Shown here: piece after piece, positions 52,087 to 61,233 of the stretch
How the letters are laid out: every line of letters begins with the position of its first letter
How positions within the stretch are numbered: position 1 is the stretch's first letter
Assembly: GCA_048884965.1 (NCBI GenBank)
Contig: JBHLQH010000003.1
Span: 129,809-193,808 of the forward strand
From: Candidatus Thorarchaeota archaeon
GTDB lineage: Archaea; Asgardarchaeota; Thorarchaeia; Thorarchaeales; Thorarchaeaceae
Direction: 5' to 3'
DNA length: 64,000 nucleotides
Position numbers and translations under genes: made by a program
The notes under the pieces: model-generated
Database searches by the model: none
The model's input: only the letters and a program-made list of their open reading frames with translations
What the model was told of the DNA's origin: nothing

Positions 52087-52677
52087 ATGGCTCCCATGCA
52101 AATCGAGAGATTGTTTTCACCCAAAGGCGTTTTGTATGTTGGAATTGCTGAGATTAGAAATGAGCGCAAATTAGGAAAGGAGCTATTGATCAGCATTGCA
52201 ATAGATACATCGGATAAAGTGCAAGCTGTTCAACTGCTTAATCCATCCTTGATTGTAGATTCACATCATCTAGTGTGTGCAGCTCAAAATGCTGTCAACG
52301 CTTGGTATGGCAACTACGCCCAAGCTAGAGCGCTTGATATCGAGATTGCTGTCTTCGCCTCAGGCCAGAAGCAAATTGGACGAGCACTTGACACCTTTGG
52401 AGTTCGAGATAACTTGGATACAATTGCTGTAGTCATCATAGATGCAAATGAAGAGAATGCAAAGGGATGCTTTTCCGTTCTTCAACAGCAAATTGGATCT
52501 ATCTCAGATACGCAATTCCCTCCTGATACAATGCGATTCAAGGAAATAATGATTCAATTTGGAATTGAGGATTCTGAAATTCAAGCATTATCTGAAAATG
52601 ACGACCCGATGACCATACAAGGAGCCCTATCCCGTTGCGTGGTTAGTCGAGTTAGTAGTGTCGCACTTGAATCCTAG
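52087..52677 (+). CDS. cgi121: KEOPS complex subunit Cgi121
   Basis: HLVCAAQNA...ARALDIEI..FASGQKQIGRAL..FG. Confidence 0.9.
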   Translation: MAPMQIERLFSPKGVLYVGIAEIRNERKLGKELLISIAIDTSDKVQAVQLLNPSLIVDSHHLVCAAQNAVNAWYGNYAQARALDIEIAVFASGQKQIGRALDTFGVRDNLDTIAVVIIDANEENAKGCFSVLQQQIGSISDTQFPPDTMRFKEIMIQFGIEDSEIQALSENDDPMTIQGALSRCVVSRVSSVALES

Positions 52678-52688
52678 ATTGAACCGTT

Positions 52689-53207
52689 TCAATACATGTC
52701 GTCTCGCATGGACATAATTGATAGTATGTCATTCTCTTGGTCCAGAATTGATATCCCAGTAAGCTCGCCCACAATTTCGATCCAGACAGTCTTATCAGGC
52801 TTATCCAGGTCGACCTTCCTATCTACTACTGAAGCGATAGCTGATACAACTTCCATGTTCTCAAGACTAGTGTGTCTTCTTCTCACGGTAACCCTGAATG
52901 TTTCATCTTCTTTAATTCTATCAAGCAGTTCCTTCACACTATTCACAATCTCTTCCAAATCAGAGTTCACGCATCTCTCAAGGGGCGTGAAACGAATGGC
53001 GAACCTGAACTGATAGGGATTCTCTATTGCCATTTCTTTCAGGCTCTTGACTACCTCGAACGGATCGAGTGTCGTTTTGCATGTGATTAGTCCGATGATA
53101 CGAGTTCGATTGACCTGTAGGTTCTCATCTCCAAGAAGATCTCCGATGAAATAACGAACCTCCGAGATGGCTGCTCCTTCCCTCTCCCTCGGACACCCTA
53201 TCAGCAT
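52689..53207 (-). CDS. THUMP-domain RNA modification protein
   Basis: TFRVTVRRR...KVDLDKPDKTVWIEIVG; start may be CTG at 53222. Confidence 0.9.
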   Translation of the reverse strand: MLIGCPREREGAAISEVRYFIGDLLGDENLQVNRTRIIGLITCKTTLDPFEVVKSLKEMAIENPYQFRFAIRFTPLERCVNSDLEEIVNSVKELLDRIKEDETFRVTVRRRHTSLENMEVVSAIASVVDRKVDLDKPDKTVWIEIVGELTGISILDQENDILSIMSMRDDMY

Positions 53208-53232
53208 ATTGAATTCCTGCAGAAATTATCCC

Positions 53233-53946
53233 TCACATATCAGCATACACTATCCTGTTTGTCCAGAACCTTAGTGCATCTGAATCAAACTGTAGGCTTT
53301 CTGTTAGTTTCTCGATGGACAACGCGCCTTCTCTGTAGACCTTGACGCTTGAGAACCCGTCGGATTCCTCATCCACCCCTACGATTGTCGAGTTGTTGTT
53401 GAGGTCTGACGCGCCTCCATCTATATACAACTCCACACTATCACCTAACTGCTCGAATGCTATCGAAACATCAAAAGGACTAGGTCCTCCTGAGATATTT
53501 GCACTTGTACCTGCGATTGGCGTGTCCAATTGTCTTGCAATGCCACGTGGTATGTCGTGGTTTGGAACGCGAATGGCAAGAGATCCCCGATTGCCAGTTA
53601 GATACTCTGGAGTCCCTTCTTTAACAGATACGATCAACGTCAGCACTCCTGGCCAGAAAAGCCTTGTAATCGCGAATTCCAATCCCCGAAAATCGTGATA
53701 CATCTCGCACTGCTTAACATCTGCAAAGAGAAGCGGGAGTCCTATACTTCTACTTCTTTGTTTTACATCAAACAACCTTTCGAAGGCATCTCGGTTTCTT
53801 GGGTCGCATGTCAATCCGTAGCTAGTATCTGTTGGATAAACAACCAGTCCTCCTGCAAGTAGGACTTCCACTGCCTCGGATACTGCGTTCTTGACCTCGT
53901 CCTCGTTGGTTGGTCTTACTATTCTAGCCGTCACGGTTGCATCCAC
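53233..53946 (-). CDS. sua5: Threonylcarbamoyl-AMP synthase (short TsaC/YrdC form)
   Basis: VYPTDTSYGL, KQR, FWPG, TSANISG; no C-terminal SUA5 domain. Confidence 0.93.
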   Translation of the reverse strand: MDATVTARIVRPTNEDEVKNAVSEAVEVLLAGGLVVYPTDTSYGLTCDPRNRDAFERLFDVKQRSRSIGLPLLFADVKQCEMYHDFRGLEFAITRLFWPGVLTLIVSVKEGTPEYLTGNRGSLAIRVPNHDIPRGIARQLDTPIAGTSANISGGPSPFDVSIAFEQLGDSVELYIDGGASDLNNNSTIVGVDEESDGFSSVKVYREGALSIEKLTESLQFDSDALRFWTNRIVYADM

Positions 53947-53996
53947 GATTTTCTACAGTGAAAAACATCCATAAGAAGCTTTTATTCCATGAATTT

Positions 53997-55004
53997 ATGG
54001 GAGGAATTGCTATTCACGGAGTAATCCTAGCTGCTGGTGAAGGAATTAGAATTGGTGAATTGACACAAAAGGTCCCAAAAGCACTACTCCCGTGCCTAGG
54101 AAGAACACTAATCGAACATTTAGTAGATACTCTCCTCCAGGTGGGGATTGATGAGGTTTCCGTTGGAATTGGTTGGAAAGGAAATGAAGTAAGGACTCTT
54201 ATAGAGTCCATCTATCCGAGGGATCAAGTGAGGTGCATCGATGTTCCTTCCTATCAAGTTGGTCCGCTACAAACCCTTGTGACAACGACATCTGGTTTGG
54301 ACGACACTCTCTTGATATGTCCTGTTGATTTTTTCGTGGACCCAGCTGTGGTATTGCAGGTATCTGCATCTTTGAAAGAAAGGAGTCCCTTTGATTTGCT
54401 AGTGGCTACGGATGCGTCCTCTCAACGGGGTACACCTATCACGATTGATGACAACCTATCGATTTTGAAGATTGGTGAGGGAACCACAAGATCCGCTATG
54501 ATGCTTGTCGCATCAACCAAATTTCTAGGATACTGTCGAAACGCCCTGCAAACGGGTGCTACACGAATCGTTCAAGTAATTGAAAACCTAATCGAAGAGA
54601 AACAGAAGGTAGTTGCTACAACTATCCGAGGTTTCTGGGCAGACATCGATACATTGGCAGACCTTCTTGCGACTAATACCACTCTTCTCAAGGAACATAT
54701 TTCATCCTCAGATATCCTCTTCATCCCTGATGGTGATCATGTCGAAATTGGCGAAGCTCTTTCTCTCGCTTCTGATATTCATATTGGAGCTGGAGTTAAA
54801 TTCAAAGGACCTGTATTGGTTTCAAGAGATACTAGGATTGGTGAGAATTGCACCATTGGTCCCAATATCTGTGTACAGGGACAATCAAATATCTTGGAAG
54901 GATGCACACTAGCTGATTCCATAGTCTTTGGTGCATCATCAATAAGTCCTGGCACAAGTGTTTCGAGAATGATAGTCCATAATTCAAGATTCTATATGGT
55001 GTGA
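53997..55004 (+). CDS. Sugar-phosphate nucleotidyltransferase with C-terminal left-handed beta-helix
   Basis: VILAAGEG.R....T..VPKAL, WADIDT, hexapeptide repeats. Confidence 0.85.
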   Translation: MGGIAIHGVILAAGEGIRIGELTQKVPKALLPCLGRTLIEHLVDTLLQVGIDEVSVGIGWKGNEVRTLIESIYPRDQVRCIDVPSYQVGPLQTLVTTTSGLDDTLLICPVDFFVDPAVVLQVSASLKERSPFDLLVATDASSQRGTPITIDDNLSILKIGEGTTRSAMMLVASTKFLGYCRNALQTGATRIVQVIENLIEEKQKVVATTIRGFWADIDTLADLLATNTTLLKEHISSSDILFIPDGDHVEIGEALSLASDIHIGAGVKFKGPVLVSRDTRIGENCTIGPNICVQGQSNILEGCTLADSIVFGASSISPGTSVSRMIVHNSRFYMV

Positions 55005-55606
55005 TGAGGATGTCTCCAAGTAAGTTCCGTCTCCGGAAGATATTCAGAAGGCCTGTGATGATAGTGGCCTCTCCTTTCATAAAGAGAGGAGTTCATCCGA
55101 ATACTATCACATATCTGTCATTGCTGTTCGCTTATCTCTCACTTATCACCCTCTTGTTGACGCAGAATCAACTCATCTATGGAGTCCTCGTCTTTCTTGT
55201 TGGGTTCTTCGACGGTGTTGATGGTTCTGTTGCTCGTGGGACTGGAAAATCATCAGCGAAGGGTGCTTTCACAGATTCTTTCGTAGATAAGGCCTCTGAG
55301 GCTTTGATTCTCCTCGCAATCCCATTAGCCTTTCCAATGACCTTCTTCCTAGGGCTTTCATTGGAAATTTGGGCATTTCTCTGTCTTACTGGATGGTTAC
55401 TCACTAGCTATGCACGATCGCGTGCTGATGCCCTCGGGCTTGATGATTTGGATGTAGGCTTGGGCGCTCGATCTGAGAGGCTATTCATACTCTGTGTCTT
55501 TTCTGTTCTGTTTCTAATCGAGCTTGGTCTGGTTATAGTGACAACAGTTGGCATTTGCACTGCTCTGTATAGGTTCATCCATTACAGGAATCAGATTCTG
55601 GAATGA
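55001..55606 (+). CDS. CDP-alcohol phosphatidyltransferase (archaetidylinositol-phosphate synthase-like)
   Basis: PNTIT, DGVDGSVAR...GAFTDSFVD, SYARSRA, RSERL. Confidence 0.9.
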   Translation: MMRMSPSKFRLRKIFRRPVMIVASPFIKRGVHPNTITYLSLLFAYLSLITLLLTQNQLIYGVLVFLVGFFDGVDGSVARGTGKSSAKGAFTDSFVDKASEALILLAIPLAFPMTFFLGLSLEIWAFLCLTGWLLTSYARSRADALGLDDLDVGLGARSERLFILCVFSVLFLIELGLVIVTTVGICTALYRFIHYRNQILE

Positions 55607-55692
55607 TCCATCAGCTAAAGAGCATTGTACCATTATACTTAAGAGTGAAAGGCGCTTCGCCGCCATCAATCACTAGATGGAGTAATCCAACC

Positions 55693-56112
55693 ATGGCCGT
55701 ATTCAGGGCTGATCATTATCTAGTCGCAGAATTTCAGGAAGTAACTGACGTAAAAGCTATTGGCGAGAAGGTTCTGGAAGCATTGAAAGAAGTGCCTGAG
55801 TTGCAAGACTTGGCAATCGTTTCAAAGCGTCTTGAGGGAAAACAGTGGTCTGAGATTGTAGGCCGCATCGATGTTCCTGAGGGATCAAAGGCATTCTGGG
55901 CCATGGTGAAGAAAGAGGTCACTGACCGAGAACCCTACAATCTATTCATTAGATTGGATCGTAATGCTGAGGGCGAGAACATTGAAGCAGCGCGTGCTGC
56001 TGTCAAGAACTGGGCTGAAACTTTGATCGTTCCAAAGATCCAGAGCAAAACCGATGTAAAGAGCATCAAAGTGCTTCAACCAAATGAGCTATACATGCCG
56101 CAGCTGGAATAA
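55693..56112 (+). CDS. Hypothetical alpha/beta protein
   Basis: Globular-looking 139 aa; ATG after GGAG. Confidence 0.7.
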   Translation: MAVFRADHYLVAEFQEVTDVKAIGEKVLEALKEVPELQDLAIVSKRLEGKQWSEIVGRIDVPEGSKAFWAMVKKEVTDREPYNLFIRLDRNAEGENIEAARAAVKNWAETLIVPKIQSKTDVKSIKVLQPNELYMPQLE

Positions 56113-56128
56113 CTTCTGTTTCCACACC

Positions 56129-57139
56129 CTATGGGTCTATAGAAACGAAATGGAGAACGTTACCCACTGCTTGGACAATCTCCTTCTTGGAGTCCCCGTT
56201 TATATCCCCGAATGCAATAAGAGAGTCTGCACTCTTGTTAGCTGTCTTGATTGAAGCTTCCTCATAGAACTCACGCCCTTCCAAGGTTAACATAGAGAGC
56301 TTCGAATTCGCAAGACTTACCAGAACCTGTCCTTCAGACCGAGCACCACTCTTCATCATCCTTCCTACTCTAATGGATGATATATTTCCTGGAGCTCTGA
56401 TTTTCGCAAGGGTTGTGATTGGCTTATGTTCTACACTGAACAATGTGATAGTTCTTCCATTGCTGGCAGTTACAACCTCATCTATTCTTCCACCGGTAAG
56501 TTGACCTGTAGCAACTAGATTTACTTCTCCGTTTACCTTAGCGGTGCTAATCTCATGCAATCTATCATCAGCATATTGATACACATACAGGGTTTCAGTA
56601 TCATCACCGAAGACGAAACGTGCATAGGGTGCTCCCTCCATCCTCAATGGTTTCATTGAGAATACAGGCCGCTCTACTACCTTATGTGCCACTTTGTCCA
56701 GCAGGGTATTGAACCATCCATAGCATCGAAGAGCCTTGTCATTCGTTGCTACAATCACCTCTGCCTTTGCATCATCAAGCACATTGGCTACCACTAGTGA
56801 TGTAGGTAGATTTCCAAGCTGTGCATTGGATCTGAGTTCCAGAGAATTTTTACCGATACTCACGACTCTTAGCGAGTTATCCAATCCTCCGACAACGAAA
56901 TCAGGTCTACCATTTCCAGTTACATCGCCTATTCCCATTGATGACACTGGCACCAAATCCGTCATTCTATATAGCTCTTTGACGGGTGTTTCTCCTCCAA
57001 CAAACTCGTAGACCCTAAGACTCCCACTCACAGTTGCAAGAACAATATTGTCTTTGCCATCTCCTGTAACATCTACTACTTCTAGATTAGCAACCACCTC
57101 TTTCAATATGTGGCTTGTTATCAGATTCATTGATGGCAT
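56129..57139 (-). CDS. FG-GAP-repeat beta-propeller protein (ITFG2/BBS2-like)
   Basis: About 45-aa repeats: DVTGDGKDNIV, GDVTGNGRPDFV, NVLDDAKAEVI, GQLTGGRIDEVV, GDINGDSKKEIV. Confidence 0.8.
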   Translation of the reverse strand: MPSMNLITSHILKEVVANLEVVDVTGDGKDNIVLATVSGSLRVYEFVGGETPVKELYRMTDLVPVSSMGIGDVTGNGRPDFVVGGLDNSLRVVSIGKNSLELRSNAQLGNLPTSLVVANVLDDAKAEVIVATNDKALRCYGWFNTLLDKVAHKVVERPVFSMKPLRMEGAPYARFVFGDDTETLYVYQYADDRLHEISTAKVNGEVNLVATGQLTGGRIDEVVTASNGRTITLFSVEHKPITTLAKIRAPGNISSIRVGRMMKSGARSEGQVLVSLANSKLSMLTLEGREFYEEASIKTANKSADSLIAFGDINGDSKKEIVQAVGNVLHFVSIDP

Positions 57140-57288
57140 TTCTAAGGGAACCTCATGGTCAGAAGTTAGGGGGAGTCTGAAGTATCCTGTTTCTAGTGAG
57201 ATTTAAGATTTGCCGGTCTGCCATCCTCCGACCCTGTCTATGTGATGCCCTTAAGAGGTACATTGTATCACTATCAAATGGCGATTCT

Positions 57289-57834
57289 ATGTGTCCTGAT
57301 ACGACTAATATGACTGAACCCTTTCTTAGTCAGGAGTTCTGGAATTGTATCGCAAAGGACCTTCAGAATGAGCTCCTCTCCTTTGTGAAGGAGTTCGGGT
57401 CGTTCACGCCGGATTGGTTCGCTGAGGTCAGATTTCATCTCCTGAAGGAATCAGGACTCAATCTTATGACTCGTGATGAGTTCTGTCAAGTATCCATCCA
57501 TTCCAAGCAATGTAGTAAATGCGATCACCTCTACATGTCCCGAAATTGCTTGTTGTGGTACCGCCTCTTTGAAATAATCACATCGAAGACGATTCAGCGT
57601 ACCCCACCGTGCATAAAAGTCGCTTTCAAGAATAAAAGCATCAAGACTGTAGCCAACTTCCTGAAAAGGGCAAATCTGGTTTCACCACCCTTCTATAAGG
57701 CACGTGCAGCCCCTCTTTGTAGGAATATGCAAGAGTGGGGCTATTGCACACCTGACGAATTCTGTGAACGGATGACAACAGGACGAGTGCTTGAGTACAA
57801 CTCTGTTCGTGAGCAAATCAAGATGCATCGGTAA
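57289..57834 (+). CDS. Cys-rich protein with primase large-subunit C-terminal Fe-S-like motif
   Basis: PPCI...ANFL...PLCRNMQEWGYCTPDEFC...LEY; start at 57289 or 57310. Confidence 0.65.
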   Translation: MCPDTTNMTEPFLSQEFWNCIAKDLQNELLSFVKEFGSFTPDWFAEVRFHLLKESGLNLMTRDEFCQVSIHSKQCSKCDHLYMSRNCLLWYRLFEIITSKTIQRTPPCIKVAFKNKSIKTVANFLKRANLVSPPFYKARAAPLCRNMQEWGYCTPDEFCERMTTGRVLEYNSVREQIKMHR

Positions 57835-57888
57835 CGCCGTGACAGCTTAAATAGTGGCACGCATAATTGCAGGTCTGGTGAATTCCAA

Positions 57889-59397
57889 ATGCTATCTGAT
57901 TCAGATGTCAATCTTGTCAACCTAATACGCGTCACAGGATTCCGAGAGGAGTTCATCAAAGAAGCTATGGCAAATAGAGGTGACGAGTGGAATCAGATCT
58001 CAGCATCGGTCACTGAGCATAAACGGATTCTGGATTTGGGCGAGAAGCATACTCGGCAAAAGGCCATTCAGGACCCTGTCCATGGTGCAATTCTCCTTGA
58101 ACCCTGGGAGCTGGACGTCATATCTGGATGGGAGATGCTCAGATTGCGTTATGTCAAGCAACTCGGACCTGCGCATATAGTCTATCCTGGGGCAACGCAT
58201 ACCCGATTTGAGCATTGCATAGGAACGAACTTTCTTGCTCAGAAATGCATTCGTGTCGTCAACTATTGTGATGATATGGAAGACCCGCGTTTCGTCCCTC
58301 TTTCGCAGCTCCTTGATGACTACCATCAGAAGGTATTCAGAGCTGTTGCATTGCTCCATGATGTAGGGCACCCTCCTACATCTCACACCATTGAGTTCGC
58401 TCTGGAGAATTGGGCTCATCTATCTCATACTGATCTCGGTGCATTCCTCATCTTGCACAGTGATCTCTCAGATGTCTTAGAGGCGAGTGGAATCGATCCC
58501 ACCTCTGTAGTCGATGTGCTAAAGCGACGCTCGAAGGACCCAATCATGAAGCTCCTTTCAGAATTCATTGACAGTCCTCTAGATATTGACAAAACAGACT
58601 ATCTCATTCGAGACGCTCATTTTAGTGGTGTCGAACTTGGCATCTTCCCTGCAGAGCGTGTCCTACTCACGAATCGTGTCGTTCGAGATAGAAAAGGCGA
58701 CTACCATCGTGCATTCATGTTGAAGGCTCTCCACTCATTGGAAGCACTGATACTCAGCAGGTCTTGGATGTTCTCTGACCTCTACCTGCATCATGCTGTT
58801 CGCGTGGCTGAAGCATTGACATCCAAAGCGACATATTTCCGATTGAAGGAAGAAGCCTTCTCTAGAAACGAGTGTATAGGCTTCTTCACCCGCATGACGG
58901 ATGGTGACCTCTTCAGATGGCTCGAGAAATCTGAGATACCCTTTGTGAAAGAATACGCAGCGAGGATACGATATAGGCGACTCTTCAAGATAGTTACTGC
59001 CAAGCCTATCGCTCTATTTACTGAAGATGCTAAGACACGGCTTCTTCATTTCATGAAGGATATCGAATCCCTTGTTGAGGCAGAGCTACAGGTAATGGAA
59101 GAGCCTGGGCAGGTCATCATTGACGTTGTGGACCCTATCCTTGGAGAGAACTTCCTTAGTCATATACCGATTCTCATTGGTGGTGAATCAGGATTCGACT
59201 TGGTGAAACTCAGCAACACTGAGGAAGGAGGCCCTTTGATGGAAGCACTCTCACAACAGCGCAAAACCATTCCAGCTGTACGAGTGTATGCAGATCCTAG
59301 GAACGCTGTGGCGGTAAGAAAGCGCTTTGATGAAATCTTCCCTGCTCAGGACAAACCCCGACGTCGAGAAGACGATTATGAATTCTCGGAATACTAG
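57889..59397 (+). CDS. HD-domain phosphohydrolase, SAMHD1/COG1078-like
   Basis: DPVHG, RLRYVKQLG, YPGATHTRFEH, LLHDVGH..SH..E, DIDKTDYLIRD, LYLH. Confidence 0.92.
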   Translation: MLSDSDVNLVNLIRVTGFREEFIKEAMANRGDEWNQISASVTEHKRILDLGEKHTRQKAIQDPVHGAILLEPWELDVISGWEMLRLRYVKQLGPAHIVYPGATHTRFEHCIGTNFLAQKCIRVVNYCDDMEDPRFVPLSQLLDDYHQKVFRAVALLHDVGHPPTSHTIEFALENWAHLSHTDLGAFLILHSDLSDVLEASGIDPTSVVDVLKRRSKDPIMKLLSEFIDSPLDIDKTDYLIRDAHFSGVELGIFPAERVLLTNRVVRDRKGDYHRAFMLKALHSLEALILSRSWMFSDLYLHHAVRVAEALTSKATYFRLKEEAFSRNECIGFFTRMTDGDLFRWLEKSEIPFVKEYAARIRYRRLFKIVTAKPIALFTEDAKTRLLHFMKDIESLVEAELQVMEEPGQVIIDVVDPILGENFLSHIPILIGGESGFDLVKLSNTEEGGPLMEALSQQRKTIPAVRVYADPRNAVAVRKRFDEIFPAQDKPRRREDDYEFSEY

Positions 59398-60077
59398 GTG
59401 AGATGAACTACCATTTCGAGAACTTTGCGAAATCCCATCTCTATATAGATCACACCATAGAAGGCCTCAACTAAGGTGCCTTTGATATGCTCCATCTCAG
59501 ATTTTGTAGGCGTTGGAGGATCAAAGTGAATCCTGTTCTCGTAAAGACTCCACTCATCACACTTCTTAGAGAGATGCTCATTACTGACAAGTCCTGATCT
59601 TCTCTCTGTCAGATATCCCACATCTGATGCACGGGGTTTCCATATGTGATGTAGAATTGCCATATCTATAGTTGCATCTCCCAAGAGAGCAAGCATCTTT
59701 GCGGTTTCACTCAGAGCGACCATATCTGGGAGCGATTGACACTCTTCAAGTACAGCTTCTACATCGCAATAATGGGTTTCAAGCTCAAGAAAGAGATTCT
59801 TCGTGCTAGGTTGAAAGAGTGAAACTGTGAAGAGTCCCTTCTCGTTGAGGTCAAAGTCGAATATCTCCTCCAGCCGAGGTGCGAGTACCTCTTCCGCATA
59901 GGTCACTCGTTGAATTATATAGGCCAATTGATCGAGCCACTTCCCCATCTTTGTTCTTGTGCGTGTATTCTTTACAGGGACTTCTCCAAGGTCCTGCTCG
60001 ACAAGATTCTTTATGCCTACTAGATTCTCCTTCAGATAGAGTCTGTGCCAATCGAGAACAGAATCACCAAGTGTCAT
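59394..60077 (-). CDS. Ribonuclease III family nuclease domain protein without dsRBD (Mini-III-like)
   Basis: LALLGDATI, RSGLVSNEHL, GTLVEAFYGVIYIEMG; ATG at 60077 after GAGGTGA. Confidence 0.82.
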   Translation of the reverse strand: MTLGDSVLDWHRLYLKENLVGIKNLVEQDLGEVPVKNTRTRTKMGKWLDQLAYIIQRVTYAEEVLAPRLEEIFDFDLNEKGLFTVSLFQPSTKNLFLELETHYCDVEAVLEECQSLPDMVALSETAKMLALLGDATIDMAILHHIWKPRASDVGYLTERRSGLVSNEHLSKKCDEWSLYENRIHFDPPTPTKSEMEHIKGTLVEAFYGVIYIEMGFRKVLEMVVHLT

Positions 60078-60906
60078 GATTATCACCTCGCGGAGAGTAT
60101 TGTACGACCTTCGCTCGTTCGTCCTCATAGTTATCGACATGGATTGCAGTGATAGAGTACTCCTCTGCTAGCCGTATCATACCCAGAATCGTAAGTGGAG
60201 TGCCTATGGACAGGTCGATAAGGACGTTATGGGTCGGGATGACCTTCACTACTTCATTACGAATGAATTCATACACAGCCTGTAGATTTCCATGCTGTGT
60301 GTCCTCATGCTCCGTTGTAATTTCAACAGGGATATCGATCCACTCCGTTTCTATGTCCATTTGCCCACGTGATTCGCCTGTCATGAACCTATCCAATGAC
60401 CGGAGGGTCTGACGTTTCCATACTCGTGCTTCTGTGAATAGGAGTAGTTTTCGAGGTTTGAACTGCTTGCTTCTTTTCAACCAAATCGCAAAAGGTCGTT
60501 GATCATCAGGCTGTCTGATAGATGCGACATATGCCAAGGGTCGTGACACCTCCATGAGACCCATCTCCTGCAAAGCTCTTCTTACAGGATGGTATGCCCG
60601 TAGACAAAGCTCGAACACTCGCTCTCGGGACTCCCGTCGGCTCCGTATGATCCCTAGCTTCTCGAGGTGCGATGTGTTATGATAGAGCTTGGGATCAGTC
60701 ACTACAACCTTCTTCTCTTTTGCAGTCTTCTTTCCCTTCTGATCGATTAGAGTCGCAGCCATATCCTTTCGGATGCTTTCACGGAGCTCAGTACCTGTCT
60801 TTGGTCCACCTTCCAATTGATCCAAGATGATTCTTCTGGCGCGAACGCTCTCAATCTCGTTCTTGATGATATCATCAGCAGTCTGGGACAACATAGGCAT
60901 CACCAT
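60064..60906 (-). CDS. N-terminal ArsR-like wHTH fused to C-terminal CARF-like Rossmann domain
   Basis: RRIILDQL..GP.T..EL...LYHNTSHLEKLGII; then LAYVASI / PRKLLLFT / EWIDI / VLIDLSIGT-helix / AIHV strand pattern. Confidence 0.7.
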   Translation of the reverse strand: MVMPMLSQTADDIIKNEIESVRARRIILDQLEGGPKTGTELRESIRKDMAATLIDQKGKKTAKEKKVVVTDPKLYHNTSHLEKLGIIRSRRESRERVFELCLRAYHPVRRALQEMGLMEVSRPLAYVASIRQPDDQRPFAIWLKRSKQFKPRKLLLFTEARVWKRQTLRSLDRFMTGESRGQMDIETEWIDIPVEITTEHEDTQHGNLQAVYEFIRNEVVKVIPTHNVLIDLSIGTPLTILGMIRLAEEYSITAIHVDNYEDERAKVVQYSPRGDNHDTW

Positions 60907-61233
60907 ATCAATACCTATACGACCTATATATGTTTTGTAGATAATTACTTTTCAGGAAAAATACAGTCATAATTCATCATCGTTTAGGAGCACAAAAACT
61001 GCCTAAACTGTCAAAAATGGGCTCAAACCCCTGTTTTTGCCACATACACGCCATACTGTCTTAGAACTATAAAATATACATATATCTTATATTTATCTAA
61101 TTAAAGGAGCTAAATCCAGTAAAGGCTTAAATAGAAACGAACGGGACTTTACTGCAGCACAGAGTTTTGGAAGACTTCTCTTCCAGTGGAACTTTCTGTA
61201 CTTTTCAAACGAGAAAACGAGGACCGAAATAAA
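60907..61233. promoter_or_regulatory. AT-rich divergent promoter region between wHTH-CARF and actin
   Basis: TATA-like ggcttaaata near 61125 and tatatat near 60926; short inverted repeats. Confidence 0.5.
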
